A DNA stretch of 64,000 nucleotides from a virus. The position numbers and the translations under genes were made by a program. This document shows, in pieces, positions 9,018 through 18,277 of the stretch. The notes below the pieces were generated by a model, which worked only from the letters and a program-made list of their open reading frames with translations, had not been told where the DNA came from and did not search any database. The stretch is from the IMG/VR virus record IMGVR_UViG_3300045988_151219, positions 74,124-138,123 of that record. One strand, given 5' to 3'. Position 1 is the stretch's first letter; the number at the start of each line of letters is the position of its first letter.

Positions 9018-9361
9018 TACTTCTGGAAATAGTAGGTCTTGAATATTTCAAATAACGTTCCTCTCTGGACTTGCATATTCTCGATTTCAGAACATTTTAT
9101 AGAGACTTCTCTTCCGTCATTATGCTCTGCCATTAAAAAGGCTGTATTCATAGATAAAGGATTGTGTGTTATTATCTTGAACCTCGTCTCTTTGACCCAC
9201 ACATATAAAGTATTCCCTTTGCTGAATTTTACTTTAAGACGAACATTTCCCTCTCTTAACTTTCCTAAATAGAAAACAGCCGCTCTGATAAGCATTAGTC
9301 CTGCTATATTTATTATAGATAATATTCCTATCAGAATATAAAGCAATTCAGCTATAGACAT
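9017..9361 (-). CDS. Hypothetical N-terminally membrane-anchored protein
   Basis: N-terminal helix LLYILIGILSIINIAGLMLI. Confidence 0.45.
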   Translation of the reverse strand: MSIAELLYILIGILSIINIAGLMLIRAAVFYLGKLREGNVRLKVKFSKGNTLYVWVKETRFKIITHNPLSMNTAFLMAEHNDGREVSIKCSEIENMQVQRGTLFEIFKTYYFQK

Positions 9362-9363
9362 TA

Positions 9364-10560
9364 TTAAACACTTTCTTTATATAATATGGCGTCATATTCG
9401 TTAGACGATAAACCCATTCCTTTTTCTGTCAGATAAAAAGCAATGGACGACTGTGTGCTAAAAGCTTTGAGGAAAATATAAAGCAGTTTAGACGATATAG
9501 TAAAGTTGGAACTCATCGGAGTAGTATCTCCTTCTTTCGACCCTACCAGTGTGAATTTTGAATCGCCTTTCTTTGATTTCAAAATAAATTCAACACCTGA
9601 ATCATTATAGTTAAATTCTACTTTACCTGTACTTGTCGGCAAGATAGATGAAATATCCACCAGCTTATAAAGCTGTGCATAATCAATATAGCATTTTCCT
9701 TTTGCCGCATGGATTATATTATCTATTCCGTCTCTGATAGCCTGCGGTACTGTTGAGTCTGATACTAAGAAAGCATACTCAAAATTGGAACCTTTAATGA
9801 CTTTCCTCTTTGTCACTACTGTCTCGTCTGTCTCCAATATCTCAAGCTCTTCTTCTACCTCTGATAAGACATTCCTAAGCACGTTTAAATCTTTCACTTT
9901 TAAATCCATATTGCTGAAAGATTTTCTGCATGAAATGTTACCCCACATATAAGAAGCATACGCTATGTCTTTGTCACACAGAATACGTCTTTCTGCCGGT
10001 GATACTGCATTATTAACTACTGGCGTAAAGTCTTTTACTACAGACAGCAAGTCTATTGAGTTAAGAGACTGCTCTTTGTGAACACTGTCTTTAAACATAA
10101 ATTTACTGTTGTCTACTGTATATGTTTCTAAAACGATATCTCCACCAAACAGCTTTAATTTATAATTGTCTCCGTCTTTGAAAATAACCGTCTTATTCCC
10201 TATAGCTCTTGAAAGCTTGTCTAAATAGTCTGTCGGTATGACGATATCTTCCGTCAGCACATTCTCTACATTTATTCTATCTACTTCATACTTGAAATAA
10301 ACGTCAAAGTCTGTAATATAGAATTGTACTTTGTCTCCTTCAGGATGTATCAAAATAGCTTTTGAAATGACGTCTCTTCCTGATACTACAGATAATGTCT
10401 TCGCTATTTTTATTAAAAACTTGAACTGCACCCCTGAAAACTTAATGTGAGGTGCTGTAATCTCTTCTTCTACCGTTCCAAAGTTGGACAAGTCTACGTC
10501 TTCCGTATTGTCCATTATAATATTGTCTAATTCGATTTCATTGAACACTGTCTCTTCCAT
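9364..10560 (-). CDS. Sliding-clamp (DnaN beta-like) protein
   Basis: 398 aa. The layout FKFLIKIAKTLSVVSGRDVISKAILIHPEGDKVQFYITDFDVYFKYEV...IVIPTDYLDKLSR resembles DnaN domain I, and the gene sits between nuclease and clamp-loader genes. Confidence 0.5.
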   Translation of the reverse strand: MEETVFNEIELDNIIMDNTEDVDLSNFGTVEEEITAPHIKFSGVQFKFLIKIAKTLSVVSGRDVISKAILIHPEGDKVQFYITDFDVYFKYEVDRINVENVLTEDIVIPTDYLDKLSRAIGNKTVIFKDGDNYKLKLFGGDIVLETYTVDNSKFMFKDSVHKEQSLNSIDLLSVVKDFTPVVNNAVSPAERRILCDKDIAYASYMWGNISCRKSFSNMDLKVKDLNVLRNVLSEVEEELEILETDETVVTKRKVIKGSNFEYAFLVSDSTVPQAIRDGIDNIIHAAKGKCYIDYAQLYKLVDISSILPTSTGKVEFNYNDSGVEFILKSKKGDSKFTLVGSKEGDTTPMSSNFTISSKLLYIFLKAFSTQSSIAFYLTEKGMGLSSNEYDAILYKESV

Positions 10561-11539
10561 GCTGGATTCTCCTTACTATTCCTCTTTGCTCTAAATAATA
10601 AATAATTAAATCTTTCGCTTCTTTGCCGGCAGTTATATTGTCTAAAATAGAATATACTGATGAATTACTTCTCTTCTTCGACATCATCTCTATCAAGGTG
10701 TCAAAGTTATTCGTAAGCTTGCTTGTGAGTTTAGTGATATTCTCACTCTCCATATCTTCACTGCTAAATACCAGCTTGGGGTCTGTTATCTTCTCCTGAT
10801 ACCTTTGATATTGTATTCCGTCTCCTAATGTCAGCACATCAATATTAAAATAATCCCTCTTGATATTATAATCTTTAGATGAACCTCTCGACATAGACCC
10901 AGGACGAATTATACTCTGGTCTCCTACATATTCTATCGGATAAGGAACGTGGTCATGCCCTAATACATAGTAATCATACCCATATTTTGTGACGTCTTCT
11001 TTGTATATCGTCTCAAATCTTTCTCCATACGGAAAATTGTAGTATGAGTGTGAGATGAGAATATTATACTCTCCTCGGTTTGGAAGCTCATTCACAGCTT
11101 TAATAGGTGTATTATAGTCATTCCCTACTAAGACATACTTATCACCATTTATTGTATATTCCAGTGTTACTAAATGCTCTATCACTTTTGCGTTATAAAG
11201 CAACCCTAATGCTGAACGGTGCAGATTAGCTACATTCATATATTGTATATCATGGTTGCCTGTCACTGTTAAAGCTCTAATGCCCGCTTGCTTATATTCA
11301 TTGAAGACTTCTATTACTTTATTTAAATAGTCGAACGGCTGGTGAGGTTGGTGGAAGATGTCTCCTAAAAAGATTACCGCGTCGATACCGCTCTTGCTCG
11401 CAAAGACTTTAATCTGTTTTAATTTCTCTAGCAATGCGTTGGGATAATCGTCTATTCTGCTACGGGGTGCTTGGTAATTTAAATGCAAATCTCCGATGAA
11501 TATTATATTCTTTTCAGTTAAGCTCATGATACCGACCAC
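10538..11539 (-). CDS. sbcD: Mre11/SbcD-type nuclease (metallophosphoesterase)
   Basis: FIGDLHL, LGDIFH, TVTGNHD, ISHSY, GHDHVP motifs. The true start is probably the internal MSLTEK. Confidence 0.85.
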   Translation of the reverse strand: MVGIMSLTEKNIIFIGDLHLNYQAPRSRIDDYPNALLEKLKQIKVFASKSGIDAVIFLGDIFHQPHQPFDYLNKVIEVFNEYKQAGIRALTVTGNHDIQYMNVANLHRSALGLLYNAKVIEHLVTLEYTINGDKYVLVGNDYNTPIKAVNELPNRGEYNILISHSYYNFPYGERFETIYKEDVTKYGYDYYVLGHDHVPYPIEYVGDQSIIRPGSMSRGSSKDYNIKRDYFNIDVLTLGDGIQYQRYQEKITDPKLVFSSEDMESENITKLTSKLTNNFDTLIEMMSKKRSNSSVYSILDNITAGKEAKDLIIYYLEQRGIVRRIQHGRDSVQ

Positions 11540-12167
11540 CCTCTACTTCGTATGTCTTCACCGCATTATGCATAAGACGCTCGTCATGCGTGATAAGTAC
11601 GAATATGAACCCTAACCTCTTGGCTATGTCTTCTATAAACATCTTGAGATAAATTATATATTTGTCCGACAGCTGCGTGAACGCTTCGTCTAAAAATATA
11701 ATAGGCGACAGTCCGTGATATTGTATGTAGAATACCTGGAACAAAAAACCTATAGTAACTAATACCCCGCCACCGACTGAATCCTTTAGAGATGACTTTA
11801 AAATGTCTTCTCCATTCTTTTCAATCAAATAAAGGTTTGCTTGCTTTAAGTTACGCTTGTCTTCTATCTCTATCTCTATTTTATATTCTTTGTCATAAAA
11901 GATAGTCTTTAAACCCTCATTGATGAAGTTTGCTGCCTCGTTAATGTGTTCAGTAGCCATCGTCTGTATGAGGTTCTTTAAAAGGTTTAAGCCCTCTTCT
12001 TGCAATGTACTTTTCTTAGTAAGCTCTTCGTATTCTTTCTTCTTCTCTTCATAGTTAAGCTTGAACTGGCTTAGCACTCGCTTCGTGTTCGTGATTGAGC
12101 TTTTCAGACTGATACTTTGCATTTTTGCTTGGTTGTAACGTGATATTATCTCTTCGGCGTTTCCCAT
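11514..12167 (-). CDS. sbcC: Rad50/SbcC ATPase, C-terminal piece
   Basis: N-terminal coiled coil, then signature-like SVGGG, Walker B/D-loop IIFLDEAFTQLS, H-loop LITHDE. Confidence 0.75.
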   Translation of the reverse strand: MGNAEEIISRYNQAKMQSISLKSSITNTKRVLSQFKLNYEEKKKEYEELTKKSTLQEEGLNLLKNLIQTMATEHINEAANFINEGLKTIFYDKEYKIEIEIEDKRNLKQANLYLIEKNGEDILKSSLKDSVGGGVLVTIGFLFQVFYIQYHGLSPIIFLDEAFTQLSDKYIIYLKMFIEDIAKRLGFIFVLITHDERLMHNAVKTYEVEGGRYHELN

Positions 12168-12170
12168 CTG

Positions 12171-12425
12171 TCAATCTTCCTTAATATCTAAAGAAAGACT
12201 TTCTTCGGCTTTCGCTAAAGCTCTCTCTATTTCTTCACTTAACCTCTGCACTTCGGTCTCTGCTTCTTCCAAAGTGTTAAGGTTATATTTTTCTTTTAGC
12301 TCTTTAAGTAACGCTCCCTCTCTTTCTTTTAGTACAGACAGCTTCCCGCTTAATTCGACCTGCTCTTCTTTCAGCTTGTCTCTTTTCTCGGTTAGCTCTC
12401 TGAACCGCTCTTTCATTTCTTCCAT
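12171..12425 (-). CDS. Coiled-coil piece between the Rad50 halves
   Basis: 84 aa of pure heptad-like E/K/L sequence with its own AGGAGGAG RBS. Its stop TGA lies 3 nt before the next ATG. Confidence 0.5.
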   Translation of the reverse strand: MEEMKERFRELTEKRDKLKEEQVELSGKLSVLKEREGALLKELKEKYNLNTLEEAETEVQRLSEEIERALAKAEESLSLDIKED

Positions 12426-12438
12426 CTTCGCTCCTCCT

Positions 12439-13665
12439 TTATTTTAAGATTGAGTGGCAGTATGGACAGGCTTTGAATGTTGTCAGTTCTTCCTCCACTT
12501 CTTTTTGAGTTGAAAGTGTCTTTGTCAGAAGCTGCCCCGCTGCCACTCTTTCTTTGAATACCTGTGATAGTTCCTTTGTTAGCTCTTCTATATATAATAC
12601 TTTGGCTGGGTCTATCTTTTTCAGGCTCTCACTATTTTTTAGCTTTTTGTTTATTTTTTGTATCTTGCTCTCTATTTTCTCTATATTATTCTTTGTCTCT
12701 TTTTCTTCTTCTATCCTCTTTGACATTAGCTCTGCTGTCTCAATCTTCGTTGTTAGCTTGCTTAAGTCTTCTGTGTTCTGTATCTTATTCTCTATATTCT
12801 TTATATTATCTTTTTTCTCTTTTATTGCTTCTTTTACGTTTTTAGTTTCTTTAATTATTGTATTAATTGCTTCTATCTTCTCTATATCTTCTTTTTTAGG
12901 TAATTTGATATTATTTAGCTTATTCATTATATTGGTATTTTTGTTTTCTATCTTCTCTATATTATTCTTTGTCTCTTTGATGTCTTTTTCTATATTGTGT
13001 ATGTGATTTAGTTCGTTAGCTTTACTGTCTAATTTTAAGATTGTATCGGCTGCTTCTTCGGACTCTTTTAGTTTATTGAGTCGGTTGCTTTCTTCTAAAG
13101 CAAGATTTTTGTTGGTGTCCATGGTATTTTTACAAAGCAAGATGTCTCGCTTGATACCTTTGAAGTCCTGCACCATGTCTGCTTGGACTTCCCCTAAATT
13201 TTCAAATTCAGAAGAGTATGAAAAGAATTTGAAAAGTTCTGATGGTGTCCTATTCAGTAAAAATGGATATGCCATCTGTGAATAAAAGTTAAGACGCTCT
13301 TTTGTTCCTGTAACGTCTACTTCTTTTATACCAAACGTATTCGCTAATTCCTCAAGCTGATTTCTTCCTATCTTAGAATATGTTTTGCCATCAATTATAT
13401 AAGTAGTCTTGATAGATGAATCTTTGTCTCTCGCCCATATGAAATAATGATTCCGATAAGAGAACTTGACAGCAGCTTTTTTAGCTCCCTTAGTAATGTG
13501 TGATTCTCTGGCTAAATTAAAAATTGATGTTTCTAACGCTCTAAATAAAGAAGATTTACCCTGATTGCTGGAACCTAAGATTAAGTTCAGTCCAGGCTTA
13601 AATTCTATTTTAGCATTTTTTATTCTTTGATAGTTTCTAATTTCAATCTTGAGTGAGTTATCCAT
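12439..13665 (-). CDS. sbcC: Rad50/SbcC ATPase, N-terminal piece ending at the zinc hook
   Basis: Walker A LILGSSNQGKSSLFRAL, a long K/E/N coiled coil, and C-terminus ...FKACPYCHSILK (CxxC hook, 12457-12468). Confidence 0.8.
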   Translation of the reverse strand: MDNSLKIEIRNYQRIKNAKIEFKPGLNLILGSSNQGKSSLFRALETSIFNLARESHITKGAKKAAVKFSYRNHYFIWARDKDSSIKTTYIIDGKTYSKIGRNQLEELANTFGIKEVDVTGTKERLNFYSQMAYPFLLNRTPSELFKFFSYSSEFENLGEVQADMVQDFKGIKRDILLCKNTMDTNKNLALEESNRLNKLKESEEAADTILKLDSKANELNHIHNIEKDIKETKNNIEKIENKNTNIMNKLNNIKLPKKEDIEKIEAINTIIKETKNVKEAIKEKKDNIKNIENKIQNTEDLSKLTTKIETAELMSKRIEEEKETKNNIEKIESKIQKINKKLKNSESLKKIDPAKVLYIEELTKELSQVFKERVAAGQLLTKTLSTQKEVEEELTTFKACPYCHSILK

Positions 13666-14664
13666 TTATGTTTTTATCTCTCCTTTCTCCAGTTCAACAA
13701 TATGTTTCCCTATATCATATACTACGTTTACTGTTACAGCATTTCCTGCTTGTTTATATAATTGTTCAGTGCTATTACATAATAAAGCTTTATGAAACTG
13801 CTCGTCAGTAAACCCTTGTAGCCCCCAGCACTCCTTTGGAGTAAGCTTTCTTATATAACACTTAACTCCATTAGATAATAAAACTCCGCTTATCTCACCT
13901 TTATGGTTGCTTGTTCCTTTATTGCAACCAGTCGTAAGACATCTTGCATATTCAGTTAGTTTTACTTCTTTCTCTGAAAGGTCTATGAATTGACAGTATA
14001 AACCTGTTTTTGCTCCTATACCTCCACCTTGCGATGTTATAGTACAAGCCAAATCTAAATTATATACTCTATCTCCTTGAGAACCATTTATAATTTCTTT
14101 AAGAGTTCTCTCACTTTTTCTTGTGACAGGAAGTAGCGACTGTCCTTTGTGTTCTCCATTATATCCCGCAATGTACACTCGCTCACGGCTTTGCGGAACT
14201 CCGTAGGCTTTTGAGTTGTAAACACGCCATTCAAGACTGTACCCTCTCGCAGCCATTTCAGACAAGACCTGGAAGAATCCCCAGCCATCATCAATTGAAA
14301 GCAAGTTCTTAACGTTTTCAGCGATAAGCCATTTGGGTCTATTTCCGCCTGCTTCGTCAAGAAGCCGCATAATCTCATAAAATAAGCCACTTCTGGTTCC
14401 TCGTTTGATACCTGCTTGTTTCCCTGCAATGGATACATCTTGGCATGGAAACCCGAAGGTCCATATGTCGGCTTTTGGTATTTTGTCGCCTCTAACTTTT
14501 TGGACATCATTTGCAAACCATAATCCCTCCGTGTTATATAAAGCTCTATAACTTCTTTGAGCATATTTATTAAATTCACACCAGCCAATACATTTCATTC
14601 CCGCCTTCTCAAACCCTGAATGAAATCCACCTATGCCAGCGAAAAAGTCAATAAAAGTTAGCAT
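13666..14664 (-). CDS. dcm: DNA cytosine-5 methyltransferase
   Basis: FIDFFAGIGGF (I), GFPCQDVS (IV), ENVKNL (VI), QSRERVYI (VIII), GNAVTVNV (X). Confidence 0.95.
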   Translation of the reverse strand: MLTFIDFFAGIGGFHSGFEKAGMKCIGWCEFNKYAQRSYRALYNTEGLWFANDVQKVRGDKIPKADIWTFGFPCQDVSIAGKQAGIKRGTRSGLFYEIMRLLDEAGGNRPKWLIAENVKNLLSIDDGWGFFQVLSEMAARGYSLEWRVYNSKAYGVPQSRERVYIAGYNGEHKGQSLLPVTRKSERTLKEIINGSQGDRVYNLDLACTITSQGGGIGAKTGLYCQFIDLSEKEVKLTEYARCLTTGCNKGTSNHKGEISGVLLSNGVKCYIRKLTPKECWGLQGFTDEQFHKALLCNSTEQLYKQAGNAVTVNVVYDIGKHIVELEKGEIKT

Positions 14665-14703
14665 TCTTTTTCCTCTTAAAAATTTTAGAATTTGAATTTA
14701 TTA

Positions 14704-14713
14704 TATATTATAC
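14704..14713 (-). promoter_or_regulatory. Class B promoter-like motif (AACAGTATAATATATAA)
   Basis: tatattatac in the 213-nt gap upstream of dcm. Confidence 0.45.
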
Positions 14714-14877
14714 TGTTTTCAGCAAAAAATGTTTCTAAACATATTTTGTAAAAATCGTATCATTTTAAATTCTTCCTCCCGTAAAATGTCAGTAAACCTT
14801 ATAAGAATCGTACAAAAAGAAGCTTTTACCAAACATATTGTTCAATATCAGCTTCCTTTTCTTTATTTTATGTATAT

Positions 14878-15309
14878 TTAATTATTTTCTATTAAATCTT
14901 CGGTGATATAATCTCCGTTACTTTGTTCTTCTCCGCTATAAATTTCATAGCGGTATTCTCTATTCGGATACATAATAAAGAATTTAAAATAATCTACACC
15001 ATGCTTTTTGAAAAAATCATTCCTAAGTTCCTTCTCCCTACTTACAGATATATTCTTAAACTTCGGTTTTTTAATATACACATTATATAAAAGGTTTACC
15101 ACGTTTAGCTTTATTGAATTTTCTTCCCGTTCTTTCTGATATATTTCTTCTTTAATCTCTAACTGTCTTTTAGCATCTTTAACTCGTTGTTCATCTCGGC
15201 TTATCATTACAATACGTGCTCTTTTATATGGATTATCATAATCGGTACATATTTCTTGCAATACATATATCATATTATTCCTCCGTTTTATTTCTATAAA
15301 GATGTTCAA
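14878..15309 (-). CDS. Hypothetical protein
   Basis: 143-aa ORF; no motif recognised. Confidence 0.45.
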   Translation of the reverse strand: MNIFIEIKRRNNMIYVLQEICTDYDNPYKRARIVMISRDEQRVKDAKRQLEIKEEIYQKEREENSIKLNVVNLLYNVYIKKPKFKNISVSREKELRNDFFKKHGVDYFKFFIMYPNREYRYEIYSGEEQSNGDYITEDLIENN

Positions 15310-15505
15310 CTATTCTAAAAGTGCTTTCAGCATTAGCGTTACTTTCTCCAATAGCTTTTACTATACGCTGTAATAACTCTTTTATAGCCTCATTATCTTC
15401 TTTCAAAATATTTACTTCTTTCCTTAAGTCACTCACATTCAGCTTTAAATTTCTATTCTCCAGTTTTAAAGCATTGACTTTAATTGATAACTTCAAAATA
15501 TCCAT
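15275..15505 (-). CDS. Hypothetical coiled-coil protein
   Basis: 76-aa ORF directly downstream of a class A promoter. Confidence 0.45.
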   Translation of the reverse strand: MDILKLSIKVNALKLENRNLKLNVSDLRKEVNILKEDNEAIKELLQRIVKAIGESNANAESTFRIVEHLYRNKTEE

Positions 15506-15548
15506 TATTGTTTTCCTTTCTTCTACAACACATTTAATTTACAAGTAT

Positions 15549-15577
15549 ATTATAAAAGAAATTGTAATATATGTCAA
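15549..15577 (-). promoter_or_regulatory. Class A sigma-70 consensus promoter
   Basis: Minus strand TTGACA TATATTACAATTTCTTT TATAAT: -35 at 15572-15577, 17-nt spacer, -10 at 15549-15554. Confidence 0.75.
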
Positions 15578-16248
15578 GCTTTATTTTCTATAATAAATCC
15601 GCTCCATTGGTCAGCATGTTGCAGTAATAATGCTAAAGGACATTCTTTACAAGCATACTCTTTGTTAGCATTAACATACTGTCCGTCATGTATTAAGATA
15701 GCCTGAAATTCTTCCGGTGTAAGTTTAAAATGCCACGTTAAATAATAAAGAGACCTGTGAGGAACAGACATAAACGGATAAAGCTTAGTGTTATATTGAT
15801 AACCAGCTTTCCAATCAGGTTTCTCTAAATATAAAGGATTATGAGGATTACCTGCTTTACCAAAATCATGAAATAACCCGCAAAAAGCTACGGAACTTCT
15901 GAATACATTAGGCATAGAATCTTTATGTGCTTCATAAAGATTTAAAGCTGTTTCAGCTACATTAAGTGAATGTTCTAAAAGACCAAATTTCCTATTTAAA
16001 TGATACTTAGTAGAAGCTGGAGCTGTAAGAAATCCGAAATCTTTAATCACCTCTGTAAAGAAAATTTTAAAACTGTCGATAAATTGAGAATCTCTTCCTT
16101 CTAAAATAACGTTAATAATTTTAGGCAATCTTCTATCAAATAACTCCGGATTTTCTTCCGGATAGTTTTTACTTGGCTTATCATCACTAAAATGTAAGTC
16201 GTCTAAAATGTCTTGATAATTAGTATACATCATCTTCCAACTCCTCAA
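15574..16248 (-). CDS. HD-domain phosphohydrolase
   Basis: LLEHSLNVAETAL ... FCGLFHDFGKAG (H...HD pattern). Confidence 0.7.
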   Translation of the reverse strand: MRSWKMMYTNYQDILDDLHFSDDKPSKNYPEENPELFDRRLPKIINVILEGRDSQFIDSFKIFFTEVIKDFGFLTAPASTKYHLNRKFGLLEHSLNVAETALNLYEAHKDSMPNVFRSSVAFCGLFHDFGKAGNPHNPLYLEKPDWKAGYQYNTKLYPFMSVPHRSLYYLTWHFKLTPEEFQAILIHDGQYVNANKEYACKECPLALLLQHADQWSGFIIENKA

Positions 16249-16585
16249 AAGAATTTAACCAGTCCTGCATAGTTTCTGCTTCTTCTTTATCTTTTAAATG
16301 CTTGATGTAATATCTGATAGTCTTCTTATCATTATCATCTTTAGGGTCTAATACTATAGTGTCTTTATCCGGTTTCTGATTTATATTGTCATAAACATAA
16401 AATCTCGGACATATTTCATTGTGGGCATCTGAAAGTGAAATCCTTAAGGTAGACGCCATCTCTAATACTAATTCAGAAAGTTTGTCTAAACAGTCTAATT
16501 GGTCATAGGGTGTAGTAGACATATCTAAATCGTATAGAAGTTTTGATATCTCTTTCTTGTCTTGTTCTGTCATATTAAGCTTCAT
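16220..16585 (-). CDS. Hypothetical acidic protein
   Basis: 121-aa ORF; no motif recognised. Confidence 0.45.
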   Translation of the reverse strand: MKLNMTEQDKKEISKLLYDLDMSTTPYDQLDCLDKLSELVLEMASTLRISLSDAHNEICPRFYVYDNINQKPDKDTIVLDPKDDNDKKTIRYYIKHLKDKEEAETMQDWLNSFEELEDDVY

Positions 16586-17606
16586 CCTCGTCTACTACTA
16601 ATTTTACTCCGCCTTTAGCATTAAACAGTTGCTTGACTTCATCTAAGTTATCCCTTACTAATGCAGAAAGTTTAACCTGTCCTCTCACTTTAACCATCTC
16701 TTTCATAGACGGTAACTGTACATCATACATACCCATCTTGTGAGCTTTGACGTATCCTTCATTAATGAGGAATGTACTGTAATAAGAAATGTTTGAAATA
16801 CCTTTACCAAAATAAATTGCTATCTCTGCTTTCACAAAAGGTCTGTTATATCTATTCTTTTCTGAATAAATAGTGTTTATTGCTCCATAAGGTGTTTCTT
16901 CTCTTCCGGTAATTGTTGATACCATCTTCTTAAGCTTAGTCTTAAGAGTCATCAGAAGCCTAATATCCATATTAAATTTCTGTGCAGACCCACCAGCAGC
17001 TTCATAAGTTGAACCTCTCATAAAGTTAATCTTATTGCGCATCTGATTAATAAATAAAAAGCTTGCCGGACATCCGGAATTTTTAAGTTTTGCTTTATAT
17101 TTAGGTAAAAATAAAGACATATACCTTGCTTGAAGTCCTGGCTCTATTTCCGCAATTGATTTCTCAAGCACCTTTTCCGGAAATAAATTTGTTATAGAGT
17201 CTATTACTATCAATGCAAATCTGTCGTCCGGTATCAATATTGAATCTAAAATCTCTTCCGCCTCTTCAAACGTACTAATTTGCCTATGAAAAAAGCTCTT
17301 ATTTAAATAATCTTTTAGTCCAAAGGATTCTATTTGCGTATCATTTACAGCTTTTTCACTATCTAAATAAAATGTAATATAACCATTGGCACACAAGGTT
17401 TTACAAATATGAAGTGCCATAGTCGATTTACCACAACCTGATTCAGATGAAAGCTGTATAAATTTTCTTCTCGGAAACCCTTTACCGTTAGACAGAACAG
17501 CGTCAAATACAATAGAACCTGATTCTAAAAATTCATCTTTATCTACTTCGGTCGTGTCGTCCTGGCATAATGCCGTAAGCGATTTTACTAAGTCTTGTGT
17601 TGCCAT
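16575..17606 (-). CDS. RecA-family recombinase
   Basis: Walker A SSESGCGKSTMAL, Walker B ALIVIDSITNL, 343 aa. Confidence 0.7.
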   Translation of the reverse strand: MATQDLVKSLTALCQDDTTEVDKDEFLESGSIVFDAVLSNGKGFPRRKFIQLSSESGCGKSTMALHICKTLCANGYITFYLDSEKAVNDTQIESFGLKDYLNKSFFHRQISTFEEAEEILDSILIPDDRFALIVIDSITNLFPEKVLEKSIAEIEPGLQARYMSLFLPKYKAKLKNSGCPASFLFINQMRNKINFMRGSTYEAAGGSAQKFNMDIRLLMTLKTKLKKMVSTITGREETPYGAINTIYSEKNRYNRPFVKAEIAIYFGKGISNISYYSTFLINEGYVKAHKMGMYDVQLPSMKEMVKVRGQVKLSALVRDNLDEVKQLFNAKGGVKLVVDEDEA

Positions 17607-18205
17607 TATTTACTCCTTGTGTATAATAATTTTTCTTTCTCTTCGTGAAATCTTCGCCTCATCGGTAAGTCTTTACAGTTTTTTCCGCTTGGTAATATTA
17701 TACCATTCCTCACCATAAGTCTAAAGAGAAAGATAAAAGATTCTGCTGTGTCATTATTGAGTCTATTAGTATATTGTATAACTGTTACTTTATTAAGCTT
17801 TAAAGTGTCGATTATCTCTTTAGCTAAAATAACAGATTCAGATTTAATAGACTTCTTCGCCTCTTTAACATATTTACAATATGTAGGATGTAAATTGTAA
17901 ATCGTATTAATTCCTTTATCATGTATTAACCTATAGAAAATATGAGTATCCAGTGTATATAGTCCTGATGAAAATAAAGCAGTAGGCAACGGTTCTTCTG
18001 ATATAAGTGTGTCTAAATCCCCTTTGGAATATAAAGCATCAACAACCCTATCTCCGAATAAAAGAACTCTATTAAACATTGCCTGATAAGTTTTTTCAGT
18101 TGATTCTAATTTTGAAACTGCATCTAAAAATAAAAATGAACGCTCTGTATCATAAATAGAAATACCTGTCCTTGTAAATGACGGGTCAAGCCCTGCTATT
18201 AACAT
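17606..18205 (-). CDS. RuvC-like Holliday-junction resolvase
   Basis: MLIAGLDPSFTRTGISIYD (catalytic Asp), ISEEPLP, NNDTAESFIFL. Confidence 0.65.
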   Translation of the reverse strand: MLIAGLDPSFTRTGISIYDTERSFLFLDAVSKLESTEKTYQAMFNRVLLFGDRVVDALYSKGDLDTLISEEPLPTALFSSGLYTLDTHIFYRLIHDKGINTIYNLHPTYCKYVKEAKKSIKSESVILAKEIIDTLKLNKVTVIQYTNRLNNDTAESFIFLFRLMVRNGIILPSGKNCKDLPMRRRFHEEKEKLLYTRSK

Positions 18206-18224
18206 TATACTCTCCCTATAAATG

Positions 18225-18259
18225 AAAAAAGAGATTATCTACTTTAATAAATAATCTCT
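18225..18259 (-). terminator. Rho-independent terminator
   Basis: Minus strand AGAGATTAT-(12 nt loop)-ATAATCTCT followed by TTTTTT, just after stop 18278. Confidence 0.75.
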
Positions 18260-18277
18260 CCTTTCCGTTACGATATA

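Noticed and set aside
12671-12978. 32-nt direct repeat (12671-12702 and 12947-12978, 31/32 identical)
   Set aside because: It lies inside the Rad50 coiled coil and simply encodes the repeated peptide KETKNNIEKIE(N/S)K. It is an internal coding duplication, not a regulatory or mobile element.
12554-13006. Plus-strand ORFs in the track (for example 12554-13006, 12564-12845, 1146-1361, 8448-8852, 40920-41387, 54625-55041, 63549-63848)
   Set aside because: All lie antisense to longer minus-strand ORFs that have recognisable motifs. Their products are F/L/S/I-rich low-complexity strings, which is what the reverse complement of K/E/N-rich AT-rich coding sequence gives. None has an RBS or promoter.
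14088-14588. 166-aa minus-strand ORF inside the dcm gene
   Set aside because: It is in an alternative frame of a gene whose main frame carries all the C5-methyltransferase motifs, and it has no independent signals.
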